From contig OZ024750.1 of NCBI GenBank assembly GCA_964016885.1, positions 21,452,001 to 21,516,000 on the forward strand: a stretch of 64,000 bases of DNA, given 5' to 3'. Below, one piece after another: positions 13,226 to 26,075 of this stretch (the first letter of the stretch is position 1; every line of letters starts with the position of its first letter). Origin of the DNA: Eledone cirrhosa. Lineage: Eukaryota. Both the position numbers and the translations under genes were made by a program. The notes beneath the pieces are model-generated. The model made no database searches, was not told the DNA's origin, and saw only the letters and a program-made list of their open reading frames with translations.

Positions 13226-13403
13226 CTAATATAGAAATGGCTTCTACAGGACTTTCATTCGAAGGAAATCATTATTCACATGAAACAATTCTAGTCCTAT
13301 AGAAGTCATTTCTATATTAAATTTCTTTTATACACTCTACTAATGTATTGAGTACCTTACTTACTGTGGTTACCCCCCCCCCCTTTCCGATTGAACCCGG
13401 GAC
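13226..13403. mobile_element. Family 2 short element with 5' inversion and degenerate HHR
   Basis: TAATATAGAAATGGCTTCTACAGGACT is inverted relative to AGTCCTATAGAAGTCATTTCTATATTA; tail GTATTGAGTACCTTACTTACTGTGGTTACC. Confidence 0.75.
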
Positions 13404-14169
13404 TCTCACACACAGACACATACATATATATATAATATCCCATAAAATATACATGTATTATAGGTGGCAAAATATCTACAAGTATAATTTTATCCACGTA
13501 TATTTAGATATTTAGATAAGACCGGGGTTCGCAGCCATTCAGATATGATATACAGTGATTTCACGATATATTAAAATTTGATGAAATCTCAGTCATATAC
13601 AACGAAAATCTCGGCCATATTTGTGTGTTTCTATTCAACGGCAAAAAAACTAAAAAGCCATTTCTCTTTGAGTTTGGATCGAGTCGAGGAGATAGAAAAG
13701 GTTTACTTCAGGTACCACAACATAGGAAACAACCTGAAATCCCATGACAATGCAGCAAATTTAGTAACTATTCCGCCAAATTGTATTTGATTTGACTGTT
13801 ATTCAAGTGATATAATTCCCAAGAATCTGTGAAATAGGCTGGAATCAGAAACCGCGTGATTATAAAATGAACTTTGTAACAGTCCTACGATACTGACGCT
13901 AAATTGTATGATGCATTTATAGTAATGATGTAATTCTCAAGTTATATTTTAGTCCATTTCATCTATTCGACCTTTATAATTGAAAATGACATTGTAAAAG
14001 GAAGGAAGTGGAATGTTTTCTGTTTATTGAAGTCCATTGTTTGCTATGAACTAAATACATTTGTTGTCTTTCATTTTTGTATTTATGTTGCTGATTTATG
14101 TAATGCCAAATTAGATTTACATTAGAACTGAATCGTTTGTTGCTACTCTTTGATTTCTCCTTCCATTTC

Positions 14170-14252
<83 letters not shown>

Positions 14253-14331
14253 GTATATATATATTTCGTTTCTGAATTTGTTTAGCAAGATTCTTTATCT
14301 GAAAACGTGTGTTGAAACCGATATTGTTATG

Positions 14332-14363
<32 letters not shown>

Positions 14364-14475
14364 GGAACCAGTAAGACCCCGACAGCTGAGCTCAAGCCGT
14401 TTCGACGGCTAATTCTGGACTAAATGAAAATTTATCCTGGTATTTAAATAGCCGATCTTCTCAAGGGGTAATTCC
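14364..14475 (-). ncRNA. Type I hammerhead ribozyme with U3:A8 compensatory core, predicted cleavage after GUC (minus strand, between 14381 and 14380)
   Basis: Reverse complement: GGAA TT ACCCC-TTGAGAA-GA(T)CGGCTA..TAGCCG TC-GAAA-CGGCT TGAGCTC AGCTG-TC-GGGGT CTTACTGG TTCC. Confidence 0.75.
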
Positions 14476-15587
14476 ATATATGGTCAAAGTGATTGTCAAA
14501 AATCAGTAGTAATTCTGTGGTTGCAAATTAGTAGGGGAGATGGTGGCTAAACCTGCCAGTAGGAGAAAGAGGGGAGGGGTGGAGTAGCCCCAATCAAGCG
14601 TTTGTAGTGCCAGCTACAGCTGGGCATGAGGTCAAAGAAGATACAGGGGAGGGGGAGGGGGAGGAAGTCGGAACGGTAGGTAGAACAATGGGGGGTAGAA
14701 ATATATAGGAAAGAAAAAATACTGAGAGTGAAGAAAAGCAAATAAGAGTAAAGAAAAAAGTAAAGTAAATTAAATTCTACGACCTAGGTCTCTAGCTATT
14801 GTTAGTCTAGAATAAATAAATAAATAAAGAAAGAAAGAAGTAAAGAAAGAAATAAAGAAATAACGAAATAAGTAAAAGAACTAGGTGGGACGGATAAGGC
14901 GAGGACCCTTTTAAGAGGTATAAGTACGTAAATGATACGGTGACGGGTCAACAAAAGGGGCCAAAATACTAAAGAGACTACCACGAAATAAACAATAAAG
15001 GTTTCCATCCCGGGCACAATTCCAGCAACCACCCAGTGCAGCAAAGTGAACTAATACGAGATAATAATTCTGAGTCCCGAGAAAAATATATACTAATGCT
15101 AACTCTCAAAAATCTATAACAAGCTACATGAAAGTTCGTACGAAGTAAAGGTAGAATACGGAAGAATAAATTCAGAATCCACCCCGCTCAAAAGAAAAGC
15201 GAAGAATGAAATACTGAAACGAAAAAATAAGGCATAAGTGCCACTAAGAAATATAGAGGGCACAGAGAATAGTGGGAGCGGTCGGAAAAAGGGGACAAGT
15301 ATCCGGGGTCTAAACCAACTGCTATAAAGAGCGGAGTCCGCCAAATCTATCCTAGACTAGGGGAGGGGGTGGGGGTACTAAGGCTACAAGGGGCCAAAGG
15401 GCAGCCTCGGGTGGGCGAGAAAAGACGCCGACAAGGGAGAAGAGCTGGGGTAGAAGGACTAAGGAGAGAGGGGGGAAGGAAGGAAATAAAGGAAGCGATA
15501 AAAGAATACAAAGAAGATCTTACGTCTCCCTTGGCAAGCAGGGGTTACCCATTGCAAAATCGGCAAGTGGGGTGTTATAGCCCTAGT

Positions 15588-16275
15588 CTACCCCCCCCCC
15601 CCCGGGTCATTATGGGGTTTGAGGGCGAGGTAAGTCCTACGCAATCTATGTTTACATGCAGTAACCAGTTCATCTTTCTTGTTTAGGAGTTGGTCCGTCG
15701 AAAACAGCATTTGTAAAGTTTCCTCCGAGCATAAATTGCACGGACGGCGTCCTCCCGTGTAAGAATTGGCTCTGGACAGTATTCTCCAAGTGAGATCATA
15801 GGTGATGTTGTTGTCCTTGAGGTCCCATATGTGGCCCGAAAGTGTAGTGGCGTGACGCCGGGCCGGGTTTCGGAAGGTATGTCTATGTTGGTATAGCCCG
15901 GTCTTGAAGTCACATGCGGTAAGTCCTATATAGGCTTTGTTGGAGGTATCCGTCCTCACGTTGCACTGGTAGATCACATTACGGTCTCTGCATCTATTGT
16001 CGAGTGGGCAAATAGATCTATCCGGGCAGTTACACCTCCTGGTCGGTTCTCCACTGCTATTTAGGTTATTTCTGCCATCGGGGTTGAGTTTTTTGTTGTT
16101 AGAGGAGACGATGTTTTGTGCGAAGTTTGGTGTAGTGCTGTAAGAGAGTTTGATGGTATTTTTGTTAATTATGTTGTGGTAGCGGTGTTGTAATGGGAAG
16201 TGTTTTTCAATGAGCCTAAAGAATAGTTTCCCGATGGGAGTTGTCACCTCTGCGTTGTGGGGAGGATTGAACCAT
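15588..16275 (-). pseudogene. PLE linker plus GIY-YIG endonuclease domain
   Basis: WFNPP, CNC....CPL...C...NVIYQC........AYIGLT..FK....H...F, CNLCSEE, LLNKKDEL..CKH. Confidence 0.9.
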
Positions 16276-16276
16276 G

Positions 16277-16837
16277 TTACATTGCGTGAGCGGCGGTGTC
16301 TCCTGCTGGTTCCGCTAATGGGAGCTGGACAGTAGGATATTTCCGGAAACCACTCCGCTTGAGGGCCTGGTTGTAATAAGGCGCATGTTCATCGAATATC
16401 CGCTCATTAGCTGATAAACGGGATATGCGGAGGGAGATGTTTTTGACCAGGTTGTTTGTGATGTTCCTAGGATGGTTTGATCGGCGGTGGATGTAGTGCA
16501 GATTGTCATTAGGTTTCCTGTATGGGTAGTACAGGTCGTTTTCGAGGTCGAGGGTCACGTCCAGGAAGTTTACTCTGGTCAGGGACGTTTGTAGGGTTAT
16601 TTTAAATCCCCAGTCGCGGAAGAATCTGATTAATTGTTTCCGGACCCGATCTGTACTACTGGGGTTGTACCCTTTAAGGGTAAGGAGCCCATCATCACGG
16701 TAAAATCCACCACCGAATGCAGGGAACATATCAGTGAGTTTGGCTATTAGGAATAATCCTATAAGATCTGTGACCTTCGCCGAATCCGTGGCGCCCATGC
16801 TGACGTCGAAGGGTGAGTCGGGAGCTCTTTTTATCAA
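16277..16837 (-). pseudogene. PLE reverse transcriptase, C-terminal half (frameshifted from the EN part)
   Basis: FDVSMGATDSA, YRDDGL catalytic motif, VNFLDVTLDL, PYRKPND..YIH..SNHP. Confidence 0.9.
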
Positions 16838-17234
16838 TTTAGATACTTGTGCCCATCACCGACCAGGAAAGAAAAATCATCCTCCACGCCAGGAAGACAG
16901 TCTTACTCTTTGACGACTCTAAATGTAAACGGACATTATTATTATTAATATTATTATTCTCTACATTCCTTACGTCAAACTAAAATATGTTGGCAATCTT
17001 TTAAAATGTCTTCCTTGTGAAGTTTGTGGTCTTGTTTTGCTTAACTAATGAATATTTCCAGCTCTGCGCACCTAACTTCTGCATGAACCCAGCCACCTAG
17101 CTGCTTTCTACTGCATATTGCACATTGAGCACATGCCTTTACGCTCTGGCTTCTAACTAACTCACCAATCTCTCCTCTCATATCTCCTCTACTATCTCCA
17201 TCTCACTCTTTAAGATTGGTTACTCTTGAACTGT

Positions 17235-18430
17235 GTATATATATATATATATAAATATATATATAAATATATATAAATATATATAAATATATATATAAAT
17301 ATATATATAGAAATATATATATAAATATATATATATAAATATATATATATAAATATATATATATAAATATATATATATAAATATATATATATAGAAATAT
17401 ATATATATATATATATATAGAAATATATATAGAAATATATATATATAGAAATATATATATATAGAATATATATATATATAGAAATATATATATATAGAAA
17501 TATATATATATAGAAATATATATATATAGAAATATATATATATAGAAATATATATATATAGAAATATATATATATAGAAATATATATATATATAGAGAGA
17601 AATATATATAGAGAGAAATATATATATATATAGAAATATATGTATATATAGAAATATATATATATATAGAAATATATATATATATAGAAATATATATATA
17701 TAGAAATACATATATATAGAAATACATATATATATAGAAATACATATATATAGAAATACATATATATATAGAAATACATATATATATAAACAGACAAAAC
17801 GAACCGAAATTTCATTTCTCACTCTTAGTACGGCTTCCTTTGTCAGTGTTGAACAAATAAGCAACGATGGTTGCTAGACACTGTACGGCTTAATTCGGGA
17901 TGTTTGTTTACAAACACACCTAGCATAATAATAAATGTTCGGTGAATCCATATGACATATATATATATGTGTGCATGTATCTATATATATACACATACTA
18001 CTGTACGTCTGTATACATATATGTATGTACGTATACATACTTATACATATATATAAATACATATATAGAAATACATATATAGAAATACATATATATAGAA
18101 ATACATCTATATATATATACATATATATGTAAATACTTATATATATATATGTAAATACTTATATATATAATTATATATATATATCTATAATTATATATAT
18201 ATATATAATTATATATATAATTGTATATATATATATATAATTATATATATATATAAATATATAAATATATATAAATATATAAATATATATAAATACATAT
18301 ATATATAAATAAATATATATATAGAAATACATATATATATATATAAATACATATATATATAAATACATATATATATATATAAATACATATATATATAGAA
18401 ATACATATATATATATATAATTATATATAT
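17235..18430. repeat. Compound (TA)n microsatellite with recurring GAAAT/AAATAC interruptions
   Basis: Direct reading; interrupted by the element at 17788-18045. Confidence 0.9.
17788..18045. mobile_element. Family 5 copy with 5' inversion; forward part starts at the HHR cleavage site
   Basis: 17788-17836 is the reverse complement of 8952-9002; 17836-18045 matches 9155-9360. Confidence 0.85.
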
Positions 18431-18659
18431 TAGTTTAGCGAGGTTTTTTATATGAAATCGTGTGTCGAAACAGATATTGTTATATTTGGGGAGGGTCATA
18501 TTTGCGTAATATTGCCAGAATTAATAACAGAACACACTCACTGTTTGGTTGGTTTTCGCTTCTCGCTGTCTTTTATATCTGCGATCTAACTTACTCGTTC
18601 CTCAATGTTGCCATTGACTGACACTTCATCAACCGCATTGACAACACTTCATCAACCGC

Positions 18660-19326
18660 ATGCAGTTCTCTGGCTACAACCAAAGAGACAGAGTCAGAGT
18701 ATACGAAGGAGCCATGGAAAAGTATAAGACCCTCATAGAACTGGACATGAAAGGAATTTGCCCACTATACAGGAGCAAATCATGGAATAGCTTAGATAGG
18801 GCTAGACATAAGATAGGGAAGGCCACATCATGGTACGACAACCAGAGATATCAGAGTGTCATGTTTGTGGACGCCACCCCTGGAGGTAAATTAGCTAACC
18901 AGTGTAGAAAGGCCCTGAGAAAGACCCACTTAAAAATAAAGGTGGTAGAAAAGCCAGGAACCACCATAAAATCCCTGATCAGCAAAACCTACCCTTTTAA
19001 GAAAACCCACTGTACCAATAGGAAATGTATCATATGTAAGGTGAACCCCCGGATAAACTGTAAAACTAGAAACGTAGTCTATAGCATAAGATGTACAGAG
19101 GGTACTTGCAGAAACATGACAACAACATACATAGGTGAGACAACAACATGACGGTAACATAGACAACATAGAAATTAGAATAATATCTAAACATAGGAAT
19201 GACCCAGCAGATAGGCAAATCAGAGAGGCCAGTGAAATAGAAATTAGAAGACCAAAGCTAAACAGAAAGAATGAGTGGAACAACAACAATACCCAAACAA
19301 ACAACACTGACCTAAGAGAAGTATAA
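18660..19326 (+). pseudogene. PLE linker/Zn-finger and GIY-YIG endonuclease with internal deletion near 19145
   Basis: ORFs 18660..19151 and 19135..19326 supply the N- and C-terminal EN motifs; the central R..EH segment is missing. Confidence 0.8.
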
Positions 19327-19602
19327 ATAAGTAAATAAAATAAAATAAAATAAGATAAATAAATACATACACAAGCACAATAACAACAAGCACATAAACA
19401 CACACTAGTCACCCAGCAGACACAACACTATACACACTAGTCACACATCACACATAACACTATACACACGCGCAAACGCATGCGCAAAGAAGACAAAATA
19501 AAATAAGATAAACAAACAAGCAAATAAATAAATAAATATATAGACAGACTGAATAAAAAATGGCGTAGACATACAACACAACAGGAGGAACAATGAATAT
19601 AA

Positions 19603-19650
19603 CACCACTGACGATGTTGCAGATGTGCAACGAAAGATTTATGTAACTTA
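19603..19650 (+). ncRNA. Degenerate hammerhead motif in the PLE 3' region
   Basis: CTGACGA-T-GTTGCA GATG TGCAAC-GAAA intact; stems I/III disrupted; homolog at 38172-38216. Confidence 0.55.
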
Positions 19651-20268
19651 TGTAAACTATATATATGTGTTTGTGTCTATATTGTATCTGTATTATTTTT
19701 GACCGCCGGTCAGTCAATGGAAACATTGAGGACCGAGTAAGTTAGATCGCAGATATAAAAGACAGCGAGAAGCGAAAACCAACCAAACAGTGAGTGTGTT
19801 CTGTTATTAATGCTGGCAATATTACGCAAATATGACCCTCCCCAAATATAACAATAATTATATATATATATAAATATATACAAATATAACAATAATTATA
19901 TATATATATAAATATATAACGCAAATATAACAATAATTATATATATATATAAATATATACAAATATAACAATAATTATATATATATATAAATATATAAAT
20001 ATATATAAATACATATATATATAAATACATATATATATATAGAAATACATACATATATATATATATACGTATACATATATACATATATATACATATATAT
20101 ATAAATACTTATATATATATATATATACATATATATAGATAGATAGAGAGAGACGGATGGATACATAGATAGATTGATAGATTTAGAGCGAGAGAGGGTG
20201 TGAATTTTGTGAAGAATATAGTGTGAGACTATGACTTATTGTGCTTTATTTTTGTTACTTTTAGTTTG

Positions 20269-20384
<116 letters not shown>

Positions 20385-20544
20385 ATTGAAGTAATTAACC
20401 TATTCCTGTACAAACCAGATAGATAATACGCAGACGTCGAATGATTTTGCTTATTACATTGTCGTCTGCTAACTGAAATATCTGGATCACTCACCCGGCT
20501 AACTACTAGTTAAACCAGCCAAAATAAACGTATATATACACATA

Positions 20545-20618
<74 letters not shown>

Positions 20619-20649
20619 TATATATATATATATAAACATATATATACAT

Positions 20650-21138
20650 ATAACTTTGATAACTTTGATAGGTTTCGGCCAGTATTGGCCCAGGCCATGT
20701 CTAACTTAATAGCACCACCTGGCGAAGTCTTACAAATCAGTGTTTGGGCACCATGGCCCACTCGAGCAGAGAGTTATTGTTTACGGAGGCATATCCGGGT
20801 GTAGGAGGCTTATCCGGGATTTCTTGAAGGAATTTATTCAAAGACTTCTTGAACTTGATGGGGTCTGTCTCTGCTTTGATGTGTTTTGGTGTAATGTTAA
20901 AGAGTGCAGGGCCAATTGAGGTGGAATAATTGTGCCGTATTGTTGTTATGTGATGCGAGTGGGAGTTTTGTCGTGGGCGGAGAGCACGGGGCCCAAGCCT
21001 TGGGTGTACACTAAAGGTGATGCCAACATCATTTGGGCTATGCTGATGGAATATTTTTCACATCATACAGGTAATCTTGCGCTCACGGCGACGTTGAAGA
21101 AATAAAGTTTGAGCTTTTCTAATCGACCCCAATAGTCA
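20650..21138 (-). mobile_element. 3' end of CR1-group LINE
   Basis: RLEKLKLY..., IRHNYSTSIGPALFNITPKHIK..FKKSLNKFLQEIPDKPPTPGY..NNSLLEW*, tail (AAAGTTATC)n. Confidence 0.85.
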
Positions 21139-21175
21139 ATATATATATATGTACATATATATATACATATATATA

Positions 21176-21326
<151 letters not shown>

Positions 21327-22577
21327 AGGGGGAGAAATAGATTATTAGGAAGAAAAATATATTTTTTTCTTTTTTTGTTTCTCCCTCTCTACCGTAAGTA
21401 TATCTAGAACTAGGTTTATATTCTCTTAGCGGGTGATGGTCAATTATATTGTCCAAGCCTAATTTAGGGGTAGTATTGAGGCCTATTGAAACTCATATTC
21501 TCCAACCCCCATTAGGTTTCGGTCAAAAGCCACTGGCAGGGTGACTAGCAGTAAACTATAACCGTGTCACATTACTGACCTGGATGGGGGTGATTGTTTG
21601 GTTGAGGTGTAGGGGGGACCTGCCTAGGCGATCTTAGTAGAGTTTTGGGGTAGTGGATTTACGCCTCCGCAAACCGGTGGGGTTGAATTGGGACTCTCTT
21701 GTCGACTCAATTTGGTTTACCTCGGGAATGTAACCTTATTATGTAAGAAGCTGTCTGATAATGTCATGGCACTGGGTACACGAAATCGGGTGGCCACTGT
21801 TGTCATTGAAATATGGTTCACAGCATTATCAATAAAGGACTTTAACATCTGAAACTACTTCGCATTTTCTTATTTAATATATACATTCCTAATTACATAT
21901 ATTTCAGCTATAATCACTATGGCAATAAGACACTGAAACTGAAGCCTATCTGGGATGTATAGTATGTTTGAAACTAAAGATATGGCCGTTGAATATTTTT
22001 TAATGGTTTCTCCACGAACCTATTTATCAATAATAAATATCAATAACTACATATCATATTTGCGGTATTAGCATCAGCTTTCTATATTTATAATCTATGT
22101 CTATATTTACTAAGCATTTATATATACTATTTACTTTGAGAAGTAAATATAAAATGGAGAGGTATTGGTGCCGTGTGAGGTAATGGGAAACGAAGCTGAT
22201 CGGGTGGGAAATATATGGTTCCCAACGGTAGTTTACATTCATTACTTACTACCACTATCCACCAGAAAACTTCTCGAAGACCATTGCTCCTTCTCAGAAA
22301 TTGAATGTGGTTTCGTGGAAACTAATATATTATGCATTATTTGAATCAATGCATTTATGATTTATAGACATGGAAATTAGAAATACCAGTTCGTCATTAT
22401 TATTTGTTTATCTCATGGTGGTAGAAAGTATTGGTTGAAAGTATTGGTAGTTCTGAATTCAAATTCCAACATAGTCAACTTTGGCTTTCATCCTTCCATT
22501 GTCGATAAAATAAAGTACCAGTAAATCAGATTAGTTAAAAACGAATAGGGAATGAAAGAGTAACACACACGCATGTG

Positions 22578-22640
<63 letters not shown>

Positions 22641-22845
22641 AGATAGAGATGGCAACATGAATGGACCTGTTATTTTTATCTAAAGATTGTTCCAATTCCA
22701 TCCGCCTCTCCCTTCAATCTATCTAATTTCTCGTTCTTTTTTCTGATGAACGACTAGCATCCGAAACGTTAAGATGCTCTTCCTGCTATTTCAAGCGTAT
22801 ACTGTACCGATTGCGTACGTTGTTATTTCTGTTATATATATATAT

Positions 22846-22914
22846 AACGAAGAGAGTGTGGTAAGGAATGAGGTGGACCATAACGCACCAGAGAACTCGA
22901 TACTTTGGGTAGTA

Positions 22915-22915
<1 letters not shown>
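22846..22915 (-). mobile_element. Family 1 tail fragment in (TA)n
   Basis: TAACGAAG..GTGTGGTAAGGAA..GGTGGACCATAACGCACCAGAG matches the reverse complement of 40715-40780. Confidence 0.8.
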
Positions 22916-22980
<65 letters not shown>

Positions 22981-22982
<2 letters not shown>

Positions 22983-23169
22983 TGAGATTCTACAGGACTA
23001 GAACTGTTTTATTCTTTAGAAATCATCAGGAATCCCTGATTCCTGATGATTTCTAAAGAATGAAACAGTTCTAGTCCTGTAGAATCTCATCTATATTAAA
23101 ACTTTTATACTCTGCAATGTATTGAGTACCTTACTTACTGTGGTTACCTCCGATTCAACCCGGAATAAC

Positions 23170-23170
<1 letters not shown>
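22981..23170. mobile_element. Family 2 short element: 54-bp-arm foldback (22981-23091) plus tail
   Basis: Arms 22981-23034 and 23038-23091 are reverse complements with one mismatch, spacer CCT; flanked by (TA)n. Confidence 0.9.
23038..23086 (+). ncRNA. Type I hammerhead ribozyme, predicted cleavage after GUA at 23081
   Basis: GATTC-CTGATGA-T TTC TAAA GAA T-GAAA-CAG TTCTAGTC CTG-TA-GAATC. Confidence 0.8.
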
Positions 23171-23206
<36 letters not shown>

Positions 23207-23283
23207 CGTCTTTTTAATTTATTCCCATCATGACCCTCACAAAGTATAACAAAATGTGTATATATATATATATCTTACTTACT

Positions 23284-23318
<35 letters not shown>

Positions 23319-23357
23319 TACTTACTCCTATATATATATATATATAACTTACTTACT

Positions 23358-23427
<70 letters not shown>

Positions 23428-23656
23428 TAAAAAAAATAAAATATTAAAAATTAAAAAAAAAAATATTAAAAAAATTAAAAAAAATATTAAAAATTTTAAA
23501 AATTATTAAAAATTTTAATATTTTATCTTGACTCTGTATTCCGTTTATCTTTCACCGAAAGTGATTTTTCATTGCATCTCTTCTTTCCATGATATCCGGA
23601 TTACATTGAGTTCTTCATACGGATTGGACACTACCGTAAACTCTTGGTAGATTTAT

Positions 23657-23687
<31 letters not shown>

Positions 23688-23729
23688 ACTTACTCCTATA
23701 TATATATATATATATATCTTACTTACTCC

Positions 23730-23760
<31 letters not shown>

Positions 23761-23761
<1 letters not shown>

Positions 23762-24216
23762 AGGGGAGCAGGAGGTGACTAGTTAAAATAGTCACTGAGT
23801 ATGTATCGTTAGCCACAACACGTCCAGCCCTCCGCGTAGATCGTGCTGGCAGCATAAGGACCGCCTCACCAACGGAAACTGTCCCATTCACACGAAGTTC
23901 AAGACATCATGAATAAAGATATCATGGAAGGTTCGGGATGCTTAATGTTAGGAATGACATCACCATATGTCGCCCGAATAGGCTTGACCACGGGATACGC
24001 ATACTCACGAAGAAATGAGTAAGGGCCGCTCTCCATTGGGAGCCAGAAGGATACTTGAAGGCAAGGCAGACCTACCAAAAGCTAGTTGTTGTTTATGGAG
24101 GACGACATGGTTAATATGACCTTGGCCTGGATGCTAGCTCGTGGCAGGGTTTGCGGGTGCGCTGAGAGGAGATTTCTCGTCGTCCAATGACCTATAAGGA
24201 ACAAGAGCAACTTTAA
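23761..24216 (+). mobile_element. RTE-derived internally deleted element (5' UTR plus degenerate 3' end)
   Basis: 3' part translates to RAALHWEPEG, like the RTE L.W.P.G.R..GRP region; starts at the (TA)n boundary. Confidence 0.55.
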
Positions 24217-25149
24217 ACAATGAGTTTATTGCAATCAGGTCAGTGTTTGAAAAAGATTTGATTTTGTATGTCGCAAATCCCTGAGAAAAGCAAGAGACAT
24301 AATCCGAACTTATTCTACAATCTTAACACCTAACAACCTATCAATCATGAAAGCAAGGAAGCAATCATGTTAATTATCTTATTTATTTTTTAAAAACACA
24401 GAATTGGTGGTAATATCATAAATTTTGTATTACAGTTAACTTCTAGACAGTGCCTGTCAGTCACTTTAGTTTAACATTTCCTGTTCATAATTTAATAATA
24501 AAACAACTCCAAACCATGCCAAAATTTCCTATCAAATGAACAAAAAACATAGTGTAAACTGTGTAAACAAGTTTAATTACATTTTCTAACGTTGTTTATA
24601 TAATTGAATTATTGCCTAATTTCTATGCACTCTAGCAACTGGTAAAGTTTCAAAATCTATGTCAAGATGTCCCTGAATTAATTTTCTTTTGTCTAAGATT
24701 GAAAGAAAAATAATGAAATTTTTCCTGAATATAAAGCTATAAGGGGAAAAATTCATAATAGACACTGAAGGGAGCTAATAGATTAAGATTGGAAAGTCAA
24801 TAGGACATTTAAAAAATATTTCCTCCTAGTTTATTTTGCACCTAATTCTGTTTAGTTGACTGTATATCTGGTCGATTTATACACGCTGTCGAAATACTCG
24901 ATAAATACTCCGTCGCAATCGCCGCGAAGGGTTCCTTTCGGTTATTTGTCGGAGATTTCTTCATAGGACCCTTTATTCTTATAGCTTGATCTAATTAATT
25001 TTTTATATAGTTAATTATGCTAATTGGGAGAGGAAACGGTATATATTTTATCTGGTGATTCTATAGACATGTTTTATGATGTATAGCTCTGATTATTTAA
25101 TTTATTAACTCTTCATTGAGCCACAAAGTGATCCGTTGCAAAACACATA

Positions 25150-26075
<926 letters not shown>

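Larger units (their letters stand above)
14363..16837 (-). mobile_element. 5'-truncated Penelope-like retroelement: RT, GIY-YIG endonuclease, ~1.2-kb 3' region ending in an HHR and (TA)n
   Basis: RT and EN ORFs below; 3' terminus shared with family 1 short copies. Confidence 0.9.
18432..19860 (+). mobile_element. Second Penelope-like element (different lineage) with inverted terminal segment; parent of family 4
   Basis: 18475-18622 is an inverted copy of 19710-19855; body encodes SVMFVDATPGGKLA, C....C.IC, RNVVYSIRC....C.....YIGET, RQIREA..I....P.LNRKNEW. Confidence 0.85.

Noticed and set aside
21505-21592. Minus-strand hammerhead-like frame (ACCCCC/GGGGGT, GGTCA/TGACC, GAAA)
   Set aside because: CUGAnGA core and UH site are absent; at most a dead relic
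22736-22775. CTGATGA...GAAACGTTA as an active ribozyme
   Set aside because: Core and palindromic AACGTT are present but stems I and II barely pair; counted only as a remnant
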